A DNA stretch of 64,000 nucleotides from NCBI GenBank assembly GCA_964016885.1, contig CAXHJY010001328.1, positions 1-64,000 of the forward strand, given 5' to 3'. This document shows, in pieces, positions 1 through 17,040 of this stretch. How positions within the stretch are numbered: position 1 is the stretch's first letter; every line of letters begins with the position of its first letter. Origin of the DNA: Eledone cirrhosa. Lineage: Eukaryota. A model generated the notes under the pieces. It made no database searches, had not been told where the DNA came from, and saw only the letters and a program-made list of their open reading frames with translations. The translations under genes and the position numbers were made by a program.

Positions 1-2176
<2,176 letters not shown>

Positions 2177-2902
2177 GCGGCGATGAATTAGTTTTGCATC
2201 ATGACGGTAACATAGACAACATAGAAATTAGAATAATATCTAAACATAGGAATGACCCAGCAGATAGGCAAATCAGAGAGGCCAGTGAAATAGAAATTAG
2301 AAGACCAAAGCTAAACAGAAAGAATGAGTGGAACAACAACAACACCCAAACAAACAACACTGACCTAAGAGAAGTATAAATAAATAAGTAAATTAAATTA
2401 AATAAAATAAGATAAATAAATACATACACAAGCACATAAACACACACTAGTCACCCAGCAGACAACACTATACACACTAGTCACACATCACACATCACAC
2501 ATAACACTATACACACACGCAAACGCATGCGCAAAGAAGACAAAATAAAATAAGATAAACAAACAAGCAAATAAATAAATAAATATATAGACAGACTGAA
2601 CAAAAAAAATGGCGTAGACATACAACACAACAGGAGGAACAATGAATATAACACCACTGACGATGTTGCAGATGTGCAACGAAAGATTTATGTAAACTAT
2701 ATATATATGTGTTTGTCTATATTGTATCTGTATTATTTTTGACCGCCGGTCAGTCAATGGCAACATTGAGGACCGAGTAAGCTAGATCGCAGATATATAT
2801 ATATAAAAGACAGCGAGAAGCGAAAACCAACCAAACAGTGAGTGTGTTCTGTTATTAATTCTGGCAATATTACGCAAATATGACCCTCCCCAAATATAAC
2901 AA
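2177..2902 (+). mobile_element. Penelope-like element (PLE) 3' remnant: end of GIY-YIG endonuclease plus 3' region
   Basis: ORF 2194-2379 reads [45 protein letters not shown], matching the H..I.I...R...EA..I...P.LN pattern at the C-terminus of PLE GIY-YIG domains. A hammerhead-like core follows at 2657-2684. Flanked by TA repeats. Confidence 0.75.
2650..2715 (+). ncRNA. Hammerhead ribozyme-like motif, probably degenerate
   Basis: CTGACGA (2657-2663), T, hairpin GTTGCA-gatg-TGCAAC, then GAAA (2681-2684). Stems I and III are only weakly formable. Confidence 0.5.
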
Positions 2903-4321
<1,419 letters not shown>

Positions 4322-7186
4322 ATCATCATCATCATCATCATCATTTTACGTCCGCTTTTCCCTGCTTGCAAGGGTGGGACGGGTCTTATTCAGCACAGCA
4401 TCTCTCCACTCGTCACGGTCCCTCGTCATCTCCACCGTGAGCTTCAATGATCCGAGGTCTGTTCTCACCACCTCCGCCCATGTTTTTCGTGGTCTACCTC
4501 TACCACGTCTTCCTTCAACTGGCATATCTTGGCACTTCTTCACCCATCGGTCATCGTCCATGCGCATCACATGTCCATACCACCTCAGTCTCCTCTCCCG
4601 TACACTACATTCTATCCCTCTCAGACACAGTTTCTCTCTCAACACATTTATGTTGGGTCGTTCACGCACATTTACACTGCACATCCAACGGAGCATGCTT
4701 GCTTCATTTCTCTCCAGCCGTCGCATATCCTCTGCGGTTGCTGCCCATGTCTCACTACCATGCAGCATCGCGCTCCTCACACAGGCATCATACAACCGGC
4801 CTTTCGTACGCAGGGAGAAACCCTTCTTCGTCAACAGAGGAAGAAGCTCCCTAAACTTCTTCCAACCCGTCCTTATTCTAGATACTATGGCCTCGGAACA
4901 CCCTCCTCCCATGCTAATCTGATCTCCTAGGTACCGACAGCTATACACCACTTCTATAGCGCCCTCTCGCATTTGAAAAATGTGTCTATCAGTGCGACTT
5001 CTACTGTCTAATTTCCCTGTACATCTACTGCATACATATTTCTCCCTACCTGTTAGTTTGCCTGCTATCCCGCTACATCTCTTGTGTACCCAGGACCTGC
5101 ATTGTGTGCATTTTATAGAATTTATGCCAGTTCCTTTTCTGCATATCGAACATGGCCATTTCCCTGACGGAATCAGGGTTTTGTCCTCTTTTCTACTCAT
5201 CAACACTTTTGTCTTAGCTAGATTCACTCTCAGTCCTCTTGCTTCCAACTGCTGTTTCCATAGCCGGAATTTATTCTCTAGCTCCTCTACTGATTCTGCC
5301 ATAAGAGCCAGATCGTCAGCATAGAGAAGTTCCCATGGACAGCCAGTCTTAAACTCCTCTGTTATGGCTTGGAGGACTATAATGAACAAGAGCGGGCTGA
5401 GGACCGAACCCTGATGTACTCCTACTTGTATCTGGAATTCCTCACTAAACTCCATTCCTACCCTGACTTTACTGAGAGTACCTCTGTACAAAGTTTGCAC
5501 TGTCCTCACAAGCCATTCCTCAACACCCAGCTTCCTTAGGGACCACCAGATGACAGATCGGGGTACCCTATCAAAGGCCTTCTCTAGGTCAACAAAGGCT
5601 AAGTATAGTGGCTTATTCTTCTCTAAGAACCTCTCTTGCATTTGTCTCACCAAGAAGAGGGCATCTGTTGTACTCTTCCCAGGCACAAAACCAAACTGCA
5701 TCTCATCTAGTTTGACCCTTTCTCTAATTAGTTGTGCTAAAATCCTTTCTGCCACTTTCATAACCTGATCTATCAGTTTTATACCCCTATAATTGCTCCT
5801 CTCCAAAGCATCCCCTTTACCTTTGTAGCAATTTATGAGAATACTGCTGCACCAGTCTTTGGGTATGACACCACCATATATAGCCTGATTGATTATGCGT
5901 GCAACCAGTTTAGTGCCTACGTCCCCTGATGCCTTCAGCATCTCAGCAACTATTCCCGATGGTCCGGCCGCCTTACCATTTTTCATTTCCCTAATTGCCT
6001 CTTGGACCCTATATTCGTCAATCTCAATAGCTGGTCCCTCTGTCGGATCTACCAAGGGTAATTTCTCTCTCTCCCATTCGTTCTCCACATTCATCAGTCT
6101 CTCATAATGACATTTCCAGGCCTCCTTTTTCTGGTCATTCGTGACACTAAGTACACCGGCATCATCCCGGACACATTTATCACTAACAACATCCTGATTT
6201 GCATTGCCACACTGCCTTGCAATGTGGAACACCGCACGCCTCTGATCTTCCCGTCGCAGAACATTGGCAAACCTCCTACTCTCTGCCTCCCTGCGTGCTA
6301 AGTACACCCGACGTCTAGCTTCTCTCTTAGTGGCTGTATATTCTTCCCTACTCCCACTCTTTTTCCAAGCCTTCCATGCTAGTCTTTTGTCTCTAATAGC
6401 CTTATCTACTGTGCTGTTCCACCACCAGGTCACTGTCTGTCTGGTTGGAGCTCTGCTCCAGCCACAGGTTTCATCAGTAGCCTGCAGCAAGTTGTCACGT
6501 AAGAACTTCCAGTTATTATCTATGTCATACGTCTCTAAATCGTCTTCTTTTTCGTCATATACATCTTGAAGGGCTTTCCTAAATTTGAATTTTAGTGAAA
6601 GCTCTTTTAGCTTCCAGACCTTTCTTCTCCACACCTTCCTATATGTCTCATTCCATCTCTTGCTTACTGAGATATCACTAACAACTAACCTATGCTGTGG
6701 GGTACATTCTTCCCCAGGGTATGCCTTGGTATTAGACACTATCTGCCTGTCCCGCTGCCTAACTAGCAGGAAGTCAATCTGGCTTATGTGCTCACCAGAT
6801 TTGTAGGTTATTAGGTGATTGGCAGGTTTCTGGAAGTTTGTGTTGCAAATAGTCAATGTACTTGCATCACAAAATTCAAGAAGTCTCACTCCTTCTTCAT
6901 TTCTTGAACCGTAACCGTGCCCACCATGTACCCCAGTGTAACCATCCTGGAGCTGTCCAACATGACCATTGAAGTCTCCTGCTAGCATAACGATGTCTCC
7001 GTCCTCTGTCATTGTGGTTGCTTGCAAAAGTTGCTCATAAAAGCAGTCTTTCTCATCTTTGCCTAGGCCTGCTTGGGGAGCATAGACCGAGATGATTGTC
7101 AGTAGTCTCCTACCTACAACTAATCTAAGCTTAATTATTCGATTACTAACTCGAACTACCTCTATTGTCTTATTGATCCATTTCTC
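4322..7186 (-). mobile_element. RTE-clade LINE, 5'-truncated, open ORF, (GAT)n tail
   Basis: APE endonuclease motifs ([25 protein letters not shown]), RT motifs ([25 protein letters not shown]) and the RTE C-terminus ([20 protein letters not shown]). Stop at 4346-4348 is followed by ATGATGATG repeats. Both ends abut TA microsatellite. Confidence 0.95.
4346..7186 (-). CDS. RTE retrotransposon ORF (partial APE endonuclease, reverse transcriptase, PHD-type finger), about 947 codons, start missing
   Basis: The real part of the 1565-aa track ORF runs from [10 protein letters not shown] to LASREKRT with no stops. The upstream YI-rich part is microsatellite read-through. Confidence 0.9.
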   Translation of the reverse strand, partial: EKWINKTIEVVRVSNRIIKLRLVVGRRLLTIISVYAPQAGLGKDEKDCFYEQLLQATTMTEDGDIVMLAGDFNGHVGQLQDGYTGVHGGHGYGSRNEEGVRLLEFCDASTLTICNTNFQKPANHLITYKSGEHISQIDFLLVRQRDRQIVSNTKAYPGEECTPQHRLVVSDISVSKRWNETYRKVWRRKVWKLKELSLKFKFRKALQDVYDEKEDDLETYDIDNNWKFLRDNLLQATDETCGWSRAPTRQTVTWWWNSTVDKAIRDKRLAWKAWKKSGSREEYTATKREARRRVYLARREAESRRFANVLRREDQRRAVFHIARQCGNANQDVVSDKCVRDDAGVLSVTNDQKKEAWKCHYERLMNVENEWEREKLPLVDPTEGPAIEIDEYRVQEAIREMKNGKAAGPSGIVAEMLKASGDVGTKLVARIINQAIYGGVIPKDWCSSILINCYKGKGDALERSNYRGIKLIDQVMKVAERILAQLIRERVKLDEMQFGFVPGKSTTDALFLVRQMQERFLEKNKPLYLAFVDLEKAFDRVPRSVIWWSLRKLGVEEWLVRTVQTLYRGTLSKVRVGMEFSEEFQIQVGVHQGSVLSPLLFIIVLQAITEEFKTGCPWELLYADDLALMAESVEELENKFRLWKQQLEARGLRVNLAKTKVLMSRKEDKTLIPSGKWPCSICRKGTGINSIKCTQCRSWVHKRCSGIAGKLTGREKYVCSRCTGKLDSRSRTDRHIFQMREGAIEVVYSCRYLGDQISMGGGCSEAIVSRIRTGWKKFRELLPLLTKKGFSLRTKGRLYDACVRSAMLHGSETWAATAEDMRRLERNEASMLRWMCSVNVRERPNINVLREKLCLRGIECSVRERRLRWYGHVMRMDDDRWVKKCQDMPVEGRRGRGRPRKTWAEVVRTDLGSLKLTVEMTRDRDEWRDAVLNKTRPTLASREKRT

Positions 7187-8940
<1,754 letters not shown>

Positions 8941-9027
8941 ATTCAAGAAGTCTCACTCCTTCTTCATTTCTGAACCGTAACCGTGCCCTGAAGTCTCCTG
9001 CTAGCATAACGATGTCTCCGTCCTCTG
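8941..9027 (-). mobile_element. 87-bp rearranged copy of the neighbouring RTE endonuclease region
   Basis: Matches 6874-6922 joined to 6970-7008, with a 47-bp deletion and one 1-bp deletion. Confidence 0.9.
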
Positions 9028-11241
9028 AGATTCCACCGTCCAATATACAAACCCAATGTCATCTCTCCTGTCCATCCGTTTGACGCTATGGATTTCCACA
9101 ATGCAAACTGGGAAGCGATCAGTCATGATCTTGCACATGTCGACTGGTCCTTCACGCACACTCATACACTCACTAACATCAAAAAGTCCTGGCAGACATT
9201 TGTGGACACTGTTACAAACATATGTGCTAAACACACCCCATTAAGAACTATAAACAAATCTAAGAGCAGAATCCCTAGAAATAGAAAAACGCTCATCAGA
9301 AAAATTAAGAGAACGAACAAAAAAATCAACAAGCTGAAATACTGTCAGCAGCAACACATCAACTTGACTGCCATTTCATCACTAGAGATTAAAAAACATA
9401 ACCTCCAAAACAACATAATGTCCCTCATCAACAATCAGAGAAGAGCTGAAGAGGCCTGGGCCATTGAGAAGATCAAACTCAATCCCAAAGTGTTCTTTTC
9501 ATTTGCAAAAAAACACAAAATCACTGGCTCTACTGTTGGCCCTCTAATTGATGAAAATGGCACTCTTCAAGACAATGCTAAAACCATGGGTGAGATACTG
9601 CAGAAACAATACTGCTCTGTTTTCAGCAATCCTGATATGGCCGATCTGGGCTGTATCGGCGATGTTACTCCCCATTACACCTTATCGGACATAACGTTTG
9701 GCGCCCCTGATGTCTTGGCGGCAATAAAGGAAATCAAGCATAATTCAGCAGTAGGTCCCGATAGGTTCCCTGCTTGTGTCTTGAAGGCGTGTCAACACCA
9801 ACTTGCATCTCCTCTTGCCAATCTGTGGCGGAACTCACTGGATGCTGGATATGTGCCAGAAAACCTTCTATCCCAGTCTGTTGTCCCAGTTTTCAAAAAG
9901 GGAAACAAATCCCTTGCCGTGAATTACCGCCCAATCTCACTCACCTCTCATATCATTAAGGTATTTGAGAGAGTGGTGAGATCGCGAATGACCCACTTCC
10001 TTGAGAGTAACAATATGCTGAACTCCAACCAGCATGGATTCCGTAATGGAAGGGATTGCCTGACGCAGCTACTGCATCACTTTGATGACATTTTGAGAGC
10101 CTTGGGAGAGGGTTCCAACACTGATGTTATCTACCTTGATTTCAGCAAGGCCTTTGACAGGGTTGATCATAACATTCTACTGAGAAAGCTGTCCAATATT
10201 GGTGTCACTGGAAAGCTGCTGCAGTGGATCAAGAGCTTCCTGTCAAACAGAACCCAACATGTTGTAGTTGAGGGAGTCAAATCAAGCCCAGCCAAAGTCA
10301 GTAGTGGGGTCCCACAAGGCACTGTGTTGGGCCCACTTCTCTTCATCATCTATATTAATGACATCACTGACATCATCAAACACAGCAACATTAAAATTTT
10401 CGCTGATGATTCCAAGCTCCAAAAAGTCATCAATGGCGTGGATGACCGGATAAGCCTTCAGTCAGACCTACTGGCTGTTACCCAATGGGCAGAAAAGAAC
10501 AACATGTTACTGAACGAAGACAAATTCGAACTGATCCACGGGGAAACTCTCGTGCCATCTAACAACATCAGAGACTTGGGAGTAACCGTGGACAGCAACA
10601 TAAGCTGGACCACGCATATAAGCAGCAAAGTTGACATGGCCCGCAGAATGTGTTCCTGGATCCTCAGAACCTTCCAGTCGAGAGATTCCCGCACCATTAT
10701 CCTTCTCTTCTCTACTTTTGCCCGACCACACCTTGAATACTGTTGTCCACTGTGGTCTCCCCACACGAAACAAAGTATCATGAAACTTGAAGCTCCTCAA
10801 AGGGCAATCACGAAAAAGATAGATGGCATGTCAGACCTTGACTACTGGGGTCGATTAGAAAACCTGAAACTTTACTCACTCCAACGTCGCCGTGAGCGTT
10901 ATATTATCTGCATGATGTGGAAAATGTTCCATCATCACTGCCCAAATGATGTTGGCATCGCCTTCAAGATACACCCAAGGCTTGGGCCCCGTGCTATCCG
11001 TCCCATTCAAAAATCTAAATCGCAACTCATAACAACAATACGGCACAATTATTTCACCTCAATCGGCCCTGCTCTCTTCAACATCACACCAGGACACGTC
11101 AAAACAGAAACTGACCACACAAAATTCAAGAAGTCTTTGGACAAATTCCTCCAAGTAATCCCGGACAAACCACCCACACCCGGATATGTCTCCGCAAACA
11201 GTAATTCTCTTCTCGAATGGGCCATGGTGCCCAAATCCTGA
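9028..11241 (+). CDS. CR1-group ORF2 reverse transcriptase (endonuclease missing)
   Basis: Track ORF 9088-11241 (717 aa); the frame stays open upstream to the 9028 junction. Confidence 0.88.
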   Translation, partial: RFHRPIYKPNVISPVHPFDAMDFHNANWEAISHDLAHVDWSFTHTHTLTNIKKSWQTFVDTVTNICAKHTPLRTINKSKSRIPRNRKTLIRKIKRTNKKINKLKYCQQQHINLTAISSLEIKKHNLQNNIMSLINNQRRAEEAWAIEKIKLNPKVFFSFAKKHKITGSTVGPLIDENGTLQDNAKTMGEILQKQYCSVFSNPDMADLGCIGDVTPHYTLSDITFGAPDVLAAIKEIKHNSAVGPDRFPACVLKACQHQLASPLANLWRNSLDAGYVPENLLSQSVVPVFKKGNKSLAVNYRPISLTSHIIKVFERVVRSRMTHFLESNNMLNSNQHGFRNGRDCLTQLLHHFDDILRALGEGSNTDVIYLDFSKAFDRVDHNILLRKLSNIGVTGKLLQWIKSFLSNRTQHVVVEGVKSSPAKVSSGVPQGTVLGPLLFIIYINDITDIIKHSNIKIFADDSKLQKVINGVDDRISLQSDLLAVTQWAEKNNMLLNEDKFELIHGETLVPSNNIRDLGVTVDSNISWTTHISSKVDMARRMCSWILRTFQSRDSRTIILLFSTFARPHLEYCCPLWSPHTKQSIMKLEAPQRAITKKIDGMSDLDYWGRLENLKLYSLQRRRERYIICMMWKMFHHHCPNDVGIAFKIHPRLGPRAIRPIQKSKSQLITTIRHNYFTSIGPALFNITPGHVKTETDHTKFKKSLDKFLQVIPDKPPTPGYVSANSNSLLEWAMVPKS

Positions 11242-11329
11242 ATTGAAAGACTTCGCCAGGTGGTGCTATTAAGTTAGACATGGCCTGGGCCAATACTGGC
11301 CAAAACATTTCAAAGTTATTCAAAGTTAT
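9028..11329 (+). mobile_element. CR1-group LINE (family A), 5'-truncated, open RT ORF
   Basis: [68 protein letters not shown]. Ends in a (TTCAAAGTTA)2 tail, then TA repeat. Confidence 0.93.
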
Positions 11330-11431
11330 ATATATACATACACACATACATACATACATATATACACATACATACATACATATATACACATACATACATA
11401 CATATATACACATACATACATACATATATAC

Positions 11432-11474
<43 letters not shown>

Positions 11475-11570
11475 CACATACATACATACATACATACATA
11501 TATACACATACATACATATATACACATACATACATACATATATACACATACATACATACATATATACACA

Positions 11571-11602
<32 letters not shown>

Positions 11603-11826
11603 CATACATATATATATATACATACATACATACATATATACACATACATACATACATATATACACATACATACATACATATATACACATACATACATACA
11701 TATATACATATATATAAACATACATACATATATACACATACATACATACATATATACATATATACATACATACATATATACATACATACATACATATATA
11801 TACATATACATACATATATATACATA

Positions 11827-11872
<46 letters not shown>

Positions 11873-11955
11873 CATACATATATATATATATACATACATA
11901 TATATATATATACATATCATAAACAGTAAACATACATATATATATATATACATAT
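11330..11955. repeat. (TACA)n/(TA)n microsatellite
   Basis: Direct inspection. Confidence 0.97.
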
Positions 11956-12193
11956 CATAAACAGTAAACAATCATACACACATTGGACTTCGGCAGTTAT
12001 CTACCACATTCCACTCACAAGCCTATAGTAGAAGACACTCAAGATATCAACTAAGGAACATAACTTTAACATTTTTCAACCTATTATGATGTGACCTTAT
12101 CTGAAAGAGGTTATAAGGATGTAATATACTATATTGCACCAGAGATAGATCTAAATAAATGAATTGGTATAATCCACCACTTCATTTAACATA

Positions 12194-12477
12194 TCTCCTT
12201 ATAATATATAACCAGCAATTTCTCTGTCTGTCTGTGCGACAGTGGAAACGCGCGCGCGTGCGAATTTTTTTTGCGCGCGCGTAGAGAGAGTGAGAGAGTG
12301 AGATTGAAAGAAAGAGAGACTACAAGAGGGGGATAGCGGGAGGGAGAGAGGGGGGAATTGAGGAGTGCTACAGAAACATATATACATTTCTGTGTGTGTG
12401 TAATATATATATATATACACACACACAGAAATATATATATATACACACAGAAATATATATACATTTCTGTGTGTGTA

Positions 12478-12508
<31 letters not shown>

Positions 12509-12616
12509 GAAATGTATATATATTTCTGTGTGTATGTATATATATATATATATATATATATTACACACACAGAAATGTATATATATATATATATACACAC
12601 AGAAATATATATACAT
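12194..12616 (+). mobile_element. Non-autonomous Helitron-like element, 3' end missing
   Basis: Starts A|TCTCCTTATAATATATAACCAGCAATTTCTCTGTCTGTCTG. Same family as the complete copy at 49461-49903 (-). Internal ACACAGAAAT/ATTTCTGTGT minisatellite. Confidence 0.65.
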
Positions 12617-12841
12617 CCCTTAGCTACTGTACTGTATCTGTTGCTATCTCTCTCTCTCCAGCTATCCTTCTCTTTTAGTCTGTCTGTTTCTCTCACTCAC
12701 TCTTTCTCTTTGTAACACACTAACATTCCTCCCCTCTAGCGCTGTGACGAATGAGGAGGAGGAGGAGAGAGTCACTTCGTCACTTCACCTCTGCCTTTCC
12801 TTCTCTCCCCTCTCACTCCCTCATTATGTACAGACATTTGG

Positions 12842-13031
12842 GCGGTGGATTGGCAGAATCTATAGAGAGTCGGACACCATGCTTCATAACATGGAGTTAC
12901 GTCCCTTTACGGTCTGAGTTCAAATACCGCCGAGGTTAACTTTGCCTTTCATCCTCACGGGGTCGATAAAATAAAGTACCTGTAATGTACTGGGTAATTG
13001 CTGGCCTTGTGCCAAAAGTAGAAAATTATTA
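12842..13031 (+). mobile_element. tRNA-derived SINE, family 1 (MetaSINE-like core)
   Basis: A box TGGCAGAATC, B box GAGTTCAAATAC, core GCCTTTCATCC...GGTCGATAAAATAAAGTACC, (ATT)n tail. About ten copies in the window. Confidence 0.88.
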
Positions 13032-13147
13032 GAAACATTGCTTCATTTTTACATATCTAAGCATTAGTAAAATAACTAATAATTTCAAAAGTAATTTTTC
13101 AATTCCAATTGTTATGAACAGCAAAACATTAATAATAATTTTGTTCT

Positions 13148-13244
13148 AAGAAATATATATACATTTCTGTGTGTGTAATATATATATATACTCACAGAAA
13201 TATATATATATACGCACAGAAATATATATACATTTCTGTGTGTG

Positions 13245-13283
<39 letters not shown>

Positions 13284-13311
13284 GAAATATATATACATTT
13301 CTGTGTGTGTA

Positions 13312-13342
<31 letters not shown>

Positions 13343-13368
13343 GAAATATATATACATTTCTGTGTGTG

Positions 13369-13410
<42 letters not shown>

Positions 13411-13470
13411 CACACACAGAAATGTATATATATATACATACATACACACACACACACAGAAATATATGGG
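13148..13470. repeat. Palindromic minisatellite: ACACAGAAAT and ATTTCTGTGTGT units with TA spacers (Helitron-internal type)
   Basis: Same units as at 12370-12616 and 49500-49595. Confidence 0.85.
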
Positions 13471-13717
13471 CATTTCTCTGTTTGTCTGTCTGTCCTTCCC
13501 TAAAACTCAAATGTAGGTGCTACAGTAATATTACCTTCCCTTTCCTTTCTCCACTTTGGTACTACCAAGAGAAACACTGTCGCTATAGAAACATTACCTT
13601 CCCCTCTCCACTGACTTTGGTCACTAAGGCCGAGGGAATTGCTGGTTGCTATAGAGACACCTTGCACAAGCCAGAAATAACCAGTTCGAGGCGGTTCTGA
13701 CTTGACACCATGCCAAG

Positions 13718-14229
13718 TCTACTTATAATATATAATGGGCATTTCTCTGTTTGTTTGTCTGTCTGTCCGTCTGTAAAAAATGCCAAGGAAACAAATAGAC
13801 GCGGTTTCAAATCTCTATGCTTTTCAAATTCATTACATTAATCTTTATTTATACGTTTCGCTTTACGAGTGTTTCGGCTTACGAATGTTTCGGCTTACGA
13901 GTGTTTCGGCTTATCATTATATATAAACGTTTCTATTTCCATCGTTTTATCGTAAACGTTTATATATTTCCATCGTTATATCATAACGTTTATGTATCAT
14001 AACGTTTATATTTCCGTCACTAATCTCTTTCTCCTTTTTCGTTTTAACATATATTTATTTCAAAGATTTCACCGTATAGATAACATATATATTTATACAT
14101 GCATAAAAGATACACCGAGAGACGGTGAACATGTGGTGCCGAAAACGTTTCTCATCCAAATCTCAACAATATCAGTATATACACTAGATTTGCTAGCAGA
14201 AAACCGCCCACCGGGTGGTTTTCTGCTAG
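13718..14229 (+). mobile_element. Non-autonomous Helitron-like element
   Basis: 5' end TCTACTTATAATATATAATGGGC; 3' hairpin CTAGCAGAAAACCGCCCACCGGGTGGTTTTCTGCTAG|T. Confidence 0.7.
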
Positions 14230-14231
14230 TG

Positions 14232-15077
14232 TCTATATATAAAACTGAGGATGTCTGTGTGTGTGAGTTTGAATCCCTAAAACTCGAGAACCACCCAACT
14301 GACTGTTTTCAAACTTTACACATGTAATACTTATGTTTCAGGGAGTGTTCTGAGCGAAGAAAATTTCAAATTTTCAATGCCCTAGGGACCGCATTAGGTG
14401 ATTTAACGATCTTTCTCTATAATTCTTAGTCTTTCTCTTTTTAGATAGATACATATAACGTCGCACCCTTATAATATCTGTCTGTATGTCTGCATTACGT
14501 CAATTCCCTGAGGATGACTGTGTGTGTGTGTCTGAGTTTGAATCCCTAAAACTCGAGAAGTACCCAACCGATGTTTTTCAAACTTTACATGTGTATTACT
14601 TATGTTTCAGGGAGTGTTATGCACATTAAAAGATTCAACATTTTGATCTCCACATTAGGTGAAAAACTGCGTTTTTTAAGCTTTTTAGGGTTTTTTTGAG
14701 GCGTTACGTCAGACCGATTTCCTTGAAATTGTAACTGTATAAGTCAGTCTTCTTATTGTAACTGTATTAGTCTTCATACCGTGAGCAAACAAAATCCTAG
14801 GGTCTGCATTAGGTGAAAAACGTCTAGCCGATTTTCCCGAAATTTCCAAGCATATTATGCACATAAAAAAAATTCATTTTCTTGATCCCTTATTAGGTGA
14901 AAACCTACATTTTTCCTGCTTCATCGAGGAAAATCTTAAAAGATTATCCAGCCATCAGAGTATTCGGTTTATTTTCTTGACATATTGTCCAGGCATGCAG
15001 TTTTTCCACCATTAGGTCTGTTGGTGGCCCACGTTCCAAAATACCTTATCCCGTGCAACGCCGGGTATCACTGCTAG
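14232..15077 (+). mobile_element. Non-autonomous Helitron, in tandem with the previous one
   Basis: 5' end TCTATATATAAAACTGAGG; 3' hairpin CCCGTGCAACGCCGGG then CTAG|T. Internal duplication of about 100 bp (14244-14350 vs 14508-14620). Confidence 0.8.
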
Positions 15078-15342
15078 TATCCTATAAATAGGATATATTT
15101 TCTTCACTTAAGAGACAACCACCAGAAGCAGCTTAAATATCAAACATTTAATAAAAATATTAAGTTATATTATTCCTCTACACTGAACCAAGCCTAACTT
15201 AAATCTAAATTGTAATCTTCCAAACACCACCAACTAAAATTATACTAATTCTAATACCTACCATCTAAATTTGAATTGCTTAGCTAAGGGTATAGTTTAT
15301 AAATGTTTAGTAAATAAAAAAAAAAAAATCTAAAAGAGCATA

Positions 15343-15437
15343 CATCGGTGGGATTTGAACTCAGACCATAAAGGGCCGTAACTCTATGCTGCAAGGCATG
15401 GTGTTTGACCCTCTACCGATACTCTCAATCCACTGCC
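15343..15437 (-). mobile_element. SINE family 1, 5' half (tRNA-like head)
   Basis: Reverse complement of the family-1 head with A and B boxes. Confidence 0.8.
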
Positions 15438-15494
15438 CTTAAATTGTTTGAAAAATAATGTCACTTCATTATCTGCCTACAAGGAAATGTTATG

Positions 15495-17040
15495 AGATGT
15501 TGATGAATGTGGAAAACAAGAGAAAAAGAGTCTATTCCTGTGCCTGACCCAGGACCAACAATTGACAGTTGTAGGATCAAAGAAGCAAAGAGATGAGAAA
15601 TTACAAAGCTGCTGGTTCATCTGAGACAGTTGCTGAGATGTTGGAATTTTCTGTAGAAATAGGAGTCAAACTAGTCACCTACATAATCAATTGGGTAACA
15701 CATGATGGGGTCATGCCCAATGACTGGCATAGTAATATACTCATTCACTGATACAAGGGGGAAGGTGATGCACTAGAAAGGAGCAAGTACAGGAGAATAA
15801 AACTGATGGACCAAGTAATGAAAGTGACAGAGTTTTAACACAACTAATTCAAATTAGATGAGTGCCAAGGAAGAGCACCACAGATGCACTATTCTTAATG
15901 AGAAAACTACTATATCTAATTTTTGTTGATCTGTCATCTGATGGTTCTTAAAGAATCTAGGTGTCAAAGAATGACTTGTGAGAGAGATGCAAACCATGTA
16001 CAGAGAAGCTGTCAGTAAAGTGAGAGTAGGAAATGAGTTCAGAAAAGAATTGAATGTGCAGGTAGGAATTTATCAGGGCTCAGTCCTCAGTCTACTCCTG
16101 TTTCCCCAGGCCATATTAGAGAAGTTTCAAACTGGATGTCGTTGGAAACTTCTGTATGCTTACAACCGGATTCTTGAAACCGAATCTATGGAAGAGCCAG
16201 AGAAGAAATTCCGTCTTTGGAAACAGAACTTAGAATCAAAAGGGTTTTGAGTAAACATGGGGGAAATGAAAGTTTTCAGGAACGAAGACAGGACTCTGAT
16301 GCCATCAGGGAAGTGATCAAGCTTGTTGAAAATGAATAGGTAGAAAGTTTTATGATGTACACAATGTAAATTTTCTGTATACAAGGTGTAGTAGGACAGA
16401 TGACAGACTAAGAGAAAAAGTATACTTTGCATGTGGCAGATGGACAGTTGGTAGTAAGAGCATTAGTGAAATAAAACTTTTTTCCAATCCTAGGAAGGTA
16501 CCATAAAAGTAGCTGATAGCTTCTGCTATTTAGGTGATAGAATTAGCAGTGGAGGAGGTTGCCCTGAGAACATAGCTAGGATAACAGGATAGAAAAAGTT
16601 CAAGGAACTACTGTCTTGACAGCAAAAGGTGTCTCTATGAAAGATAGGTTAGCTATAAGATACCCATGTGTAAAGTCTCATGGCAGTTGAGACATGGGCA
16701 ATGAATGCAGAAGAGATGCTAAAGCAAAAGAGAAATAAATCAAGTATGCTCTGATGTGTGATTGAGGAAGCACGGATGAGCTGAAAGAAAATCTGGATAG
16801 AAGAGGAATCAGATGTAGTGTGCAGGGGAGAAGATTGCACAAGTATGGCCATGTGACACACATGGGTGAAGAAGTGCCAAGGAATCCCAGTAGAAGACAG
16901 TTGCAATAAAGGGAGGCCAAGGAAAGCTAATCTCAAATTGCTGAAGCAATCAGAGGAGATGACAAAGGACTGCAAATGTGGAAGGATGCTGTGCTGGAAA
17001 AGACCCATCCAACCCAACCAAGAATGGAAAGACATGATAT
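15495..17040 (+). mobile_element. Degenerate RTE LINE (RT to 3' end)
   Basis: Broken frames similar to the 4346-7186 ORF (KGEGDALERS, AVSKVRVGNEF, QGSVLSLLLF, KKCQGIPVE, GRPRK). Confidence 0.85.
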
